DNA of 64,000 nucleotides from Calditrichaceae bacterium (GTDB lineage Bacteria; Calditrichota; Calditrichia; Calditrichales; JBFXGD01): NCBI GenBank assembly GCA_050173015.1, contig JBFXLE010000017.1, positions 1 to 64,000 of the forward strand, read 5' to 3'. Shown piece by piece: positions 60,509 to 64,000 of this stretch (position 1 is its first letter; each line of letters starts with the position of its first letter). The notes under the pieces were generated by a model. It saw only the letters and a program-made list of their open reading frames with translations, ran no database searches and was not told where the DNA came from. The position numbers and the translations under genes were made by a program.

Positions 60509-61498
60509 TTATTTCGGTTTGTATTTATCAAATTTATCATATGCTTCAATGATATCTTTGACGAGACTGTGCCGCACCACATCACTTTTGGACAATTTCA
60601 CAAACGAAATCCCTTTGATCCCCTGTAATACTTTCAGACTGCTTATCAATCCGGAATCTTTGGATGAAGGAAGATCAATTTGGGTTATATCCCCGGTAAT
60701 AACAGCCTTGGAATTGATACCCATTCTGGTAAGAAACATTTTCATTTGAGTGAATGTGCTGTTTTGAGCTTCATCGAGTATAACAAAAGCATTGTTTAGC
60801 GTTCGGCCTCTCATATATGCAAGAGGCAGGATTTCAATAACTTCCTGATCCAGATATTTTTTTAACACATCTTTCGGAAACATATCATCAAGTGAGTCGT
60901 AAAGCGGTTTTAAGTACGGATCTATTTTTTCTTTAAAATCCCCCGGCAGAAATCCAAGGCTTTCTCCTGCTTCCACGGCAGGTCTGGCCAATACTATTTT
61001 TTTGACCATTCCGTTTTTTAGATAAGAGGAAGCCATAGCGACCGCAAGGTATGTTTTCCCTGTTCCCGCGGGGCCGATTGCAAAAACAATATCATTGTTT
61101 CCCATTTCCTTCAGTAATCTGCTTTGTCCGTCTGATTTAGGTTTAATATACCCGTCATTGGATGTCAGAGCGATGTCTGATGATATATATTTGTTTTCTG
61201 TTTCCGCGCCATTCGGTTTTGTTTCGTTCGCTTTTACGATCTGCAATATAACCTGAACATCTTTGACCGATAAAATTTGTTTTTTTTCAGTCAGTAAACT
61301 GATTTCATCAAAAATCTTTTTTACAATAGCTACATCCTGGTTTTCACCTATAATCTTTACATCATGCCCGCGGGCAATTAATCTTACAGGGAACTGATCT
61401 TCGATCAGCTTCATATTTATATCCTGATGTCCGTAGAACAGAACAGGATCAAGATTTTCTTTTAAACTGTATATAGTTTCGATCAACTTTTGCCGCAC
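60509..61498 (-). CDS. phoH: PhoH family ATPase
   Basis: GPAGTGKTYLA, RPAVEAGESLGFLPGD, AYMRGRTL and DEAQN. Confidence 0.95.
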   Translation of the reverse strand: MRQKLIETIYSLKENLDPVLFYGHQDINMKLIEDQFPVRLIARGHDVKIIGENQDVAIVKKIFDEISLLTEKKQILSVKDVQVILQIVKANETKPNGAETENKYISSDIALTSNDGYIKPKSDGQSRLLKEMGNNDIVFAIGPAGTGKTYLAVAMASSYLKNGMVKKIVLARPAVEAGESLGFLPGDFKEKIDPYLKPLYDSLDDMFPKDVLKKYLDQEVIEILPLAYMRGRTLNNAFVILDEAQNSTFTQMKMFLTRMGINSKAVITGDITQIDLPSSKDSGLISSLKVLQGIKGISFVKLSKSDVVRHSLVKDIIEAYDKFDKYKPK

Positions 61499-61583
61499 TC
61501 CTTAAAACAAAAAAAGCTTCCGGTATAAAACCACCAGAAGCTTTTTAAATTTTTACTTAATTACACATTTTGTTCAAAACTTA

Positions 61584-62441
61584 TTATCGGGCAATCTTGA
61601 GCACCTGATACGGATAGATCATATTCGGGTCATTGATTGTGCTCTTGTTGGCTTCATATAATTGCTGCCATTTAAACGAACTGCCGTACACATTTGAGTA
61701 GCCGGCGATTTTTGACAGATGCTCACCCTTTGCAACCAGGTGCTCATTCGGTCCCACAACTCTGGGAATCATAAAGACCTGATTCACATAAATCAAATCG
61801 GGATCTTTAATCTGATCACGGTTTGAAGTATAAATTCTCATCCATGCATAAGCATCGGCATAAATATCGGGTTTGGCAGCTATCTTCCAAAGATAATCAC
61901 CTTTTTGCACGGTATATGACGGAGGTACCGCAGCCTTGCTCTTTTCTTCGGCCTGCGCAATTAAACTTTCGATTGAATTCAGCAACGCGGCATTTTCGCT
62001 TAATAATGACAAATTATTTTTCTTTAATTCCGCGACTCGCGCCTTAAAAGCATTGAGTTCATTTGATTTTGAGTAAATTTCTTCCGGAGACATACTCAGG
62101 AATGCATTTACATCAGTTTTTAATTTATTCACTTCACTAACATAGGCCTGATTACCGGCCTTATCCGATCCCGCTAAAGCGTAAATTTCATCCCAGGTAT
62201 TATCGATACCGGTCTGAGTATCGGTCAATTCCTGAGAAAGAGAGGCAATTTTAGTATCTTCCTCGGTAATACCGGTCTGTGCTGTCTGCAGTCTTTGCTG
62301 CCATTCTGCCAGATAAGCGTTATATTGTTCCTGAGTCATTTCCTCATAATTATAGGAAACCTGAGCAAATGCTGTATTAAAAGTTACTAACGCTACGAGC
62401 AAAATTGACGCAAAATATAATTTTGTCAATTTCATCATCAC
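61584..62441 (-). CDS. Secreted coiled-coil protein with two LysM domains
   Basis: YTVQKGDYLWKIA..DPDLIY and LVAKGEHLSKIA..DPNMIYP. Confidence 0.9.
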   Translation of the reverse strand: MMMKLTKLYFASILLVALVTFNTAFAQVSYNYEEMTQEQYNAYLAEWQQRLQTAQTGITEEDTKIASLSQELTDTQTGIDNTWDEIYALAGSDKAGNQAYVSEVNKLKTDVNAFLSMSPEEIYSKSNELNAFKARVAELKKNNLSLLSENAALLNSIESLIAQAEEKSKAAVPPSYTVQKGDYLWKIAAKPDIYADAYAWMRIYTSNRDQIKDPDLIYVNQVFMIPRVVGPNEHLVAKGEHLSKIAGYSNVYGSSFKWQQLYEANKSTINDPNMIYPYQVLKIAR

Positions 62442-62466
62442 AGTTCTCCTGTCTTATAATAAATAT

Positions 62467-62760
62467 TTATTTACCTGTACTCATTGCTGCGCGCTCTTCG
62501 ACAGCTTTGGCAACTTTTTCTTTTTCAGCTTTAACTTTTTCAAGTTCAGCCTTTTTCGCACTTACTTTCGCTTCTAATTCCTGACGTTCGCCTTTTTTGT
62601 CAGCGAGTGTTTTTTCTGCAGCGAGGGCCGCTGATTTCGTCTCTTCCAATTGCTTAATTTCTTCTTCGCTCGGCTTCCATCCGCAACTCGTTACGGATAA
62701 TACAGAGACAGTGAACAGCAATATCATGAAGAGATTAAACGACTTCTTTACTTTTCTCAT
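62467..62760 (-). CDS. Small coiled-coil lipoprotein
   Basis: Lipobox VTSC followed by an E/K/A-rich helix; GGAGG SD. Confidence 0.8.
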   Translation of the reverse strand: MRKVKKSFNLFMILLFTVSVLSVTSCGWKPSEEEIKQLEETKSAALAAEKTLADKKGERQELEAKVSAKKAELEKVKAEKEKVAKAVEERAAMSTGK

Positions 62761-62873
62761 GAATCGAGCCTCCTAATGGTGACAGTTCTGGGATTTCATT
62801 TAATGATGAAAGTAACAAATTAACTAATTTTTGTCAAGATATATTTATTCCTAAAGCTAAGTGTTTCTTATCT

Positions 62874-64000
62874 TTATACAATTTTTAAGCCTAACTCTTT
62901 TAATTGATCCGCCGATACATCCGAAGGCGCTCCATCCATCAATGAAAGCGCGGAACTCGTTTTCGGGAAAGCAATCACATCGCGAATTGACTCGGACCTT
63001 GTTAATAACATCACAAGACGGTCGAGTCCAAATGCGATTCCTCCATGAGGTGGAGCCCCATATTCAAAGGCTTTCATCAGAAATCCGAATTTTGCCTCCG
63101 CCTCTTCGTGACTCATTTTAAGAACATTGAACATTTTCTGCTGTAGATCTTTTGTATGTATTCTTATGCTGCCACCGGCAATTTCATTCCCGTTCAAAAC
63201 CAGATCGTATGCTCTGGCAAGCACTTTTTCCGGCTCTTTATCCAGCTTATCAATATCTTCCTTCTTAGGACTGGTAAACGGATGATGTCTGGCAACATAT
63301 CTGTTTTCATCTTCACTAAATTCCAGCAAAGGAAAATCCATAATCCATAGAAAAGAAAACACATCTTTATTTATAAGGTTTAGCATCTCTGCTAAATAAG
63401 TGCGAAGCTGACCAAGGACAGAATAAGTGGTCTCATATTTATCCGCTACAATTAAAATTAAATCATTTTCTTCAATATTCAAAGCATTTATTAATTTTCT
63501 TTTTTCATCTTCTCTCAAAAACTTAGATATTCCCCCGGCGAATTCGCCATTTTCATACTTAACATATGCTAAACCTTTGGCGCCGAGTTTTTTTGAATCT
63601 TCTACCAAATGATCGATTTTTTTTCTGCTTAGACCGGCTCCTGCTGGTAAACGAAATCCGGCAACCACACCTTCATCAGCCAATATTTTATTAAACGCGA
63701 CAAAATCTGTCGTTGCAAATATATCGTTTAAAGTATGAATACGAAGCCCAAATCGAAGATCGGGCTTATCGGATCCGTACGATTCAAATGCCACTTTATA
63801 GGTCATTTTTTGAATTGGCTCACTAATTTCATAGCCGATTGTTTCTCTAAATACCTTTTTTACAAGCCTTCCTGCCATCTCCATGATATCTTCTTCGTCA
63901 ATAAATGACATTTCTATATCAATTTGTGTAAATTCCGGCTGCCGGTCTTTGCGGAGGTCTTCATCTCTGAAGCATTTTACAATCTGAAAATATTTATCAA
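62874..64000 (-). CDS. aspS: Aspartate--tRNA ligase, 3' part (5' end outside the window)
   Basis: [35 protein letters not shown] and [14 protein letters not shown]. The frame continues to the window edge ([23 protein letters not shown]). Confidence 0.98.
   Translation of the reverse strand, partial: DKYFQIVKCFRDEDLRKDRQPEFTQIDIEMSFIDEEDIMEMAGRLVKKVFRETIGYEISEPIQKMTYKVAFESYGSDKPDLRFGLRIHTLNDIFATTDFVAFNKILADEGVVAGFRLPAGAGLSRKKIDHLVEDSKKLGAKGLAYVKYENGEFAGGISKFLREDEKRKLINALNIEENDLILIVADKYETTYSVLGQLRTYLAEMLNLINKDVFSFLWIMDFPLLEFSEDENRYVARHHPFTSPKKEDIDKLDKEPEKVLARAYDLVLNGNEIAGGSIRIHTKDLQQKMFNVLKMSHEEAEAKFGFLMKAFEYGAPPHGGIAFGLDRLVMLLTRSESIRDVIAFPKTSSALSLMDGAPSDVSADQLKELGLKIV

Overview
Bacterial chromosomal window. 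Gene content suggests a Gram-negative FCB/Calditrichota-like organism; this is an impression, not a database result. The first ~13 kb is an accessory CRISPR locus, all on the minus strand. Its order is cas6, Card1/Can2-like CARF nuclease, Csx1-like CARF-HEPN, NE0113-type CARF, DUF4258, a tandem array of six ~45-codon micro-ORFs with a thrice-repeated hairpin, TPR protein, HEAT + family A DNA polymerase, cas1, cas2, leader, and a 19-repeat array. The main candidate novel system is the PolA-like gene translationally coupled to cas1 (TAATG overlap). It keeps motifs A, B and C but appears to lack the thumb and both nuclease domains and has an altered O-helix. It looks like a CRISPR-associated family A polymerase adaptation module, analogous in position to RT-Cas1 or CAPP primase-polymerases. 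One spacer resembles the T-arm of a tRNA/tmRNA. No cas10/csm/cmr genes are in the window. Next come a REP-like repeat mosaic, two tRNA-Lys genes flanking a hybrid histidine kinase, and a candidate sigma54-driven GGA-rich sRNA. The rest is mostly housekeeping: RND pump, pdxST, gcvPA/PB/H, accBC, nadD, bamD, secA, nusB, hbd, thiolase, phoH and partial aspS, interleaved with signalling genes. All calls come from motif recognition by eye; no searches were run.
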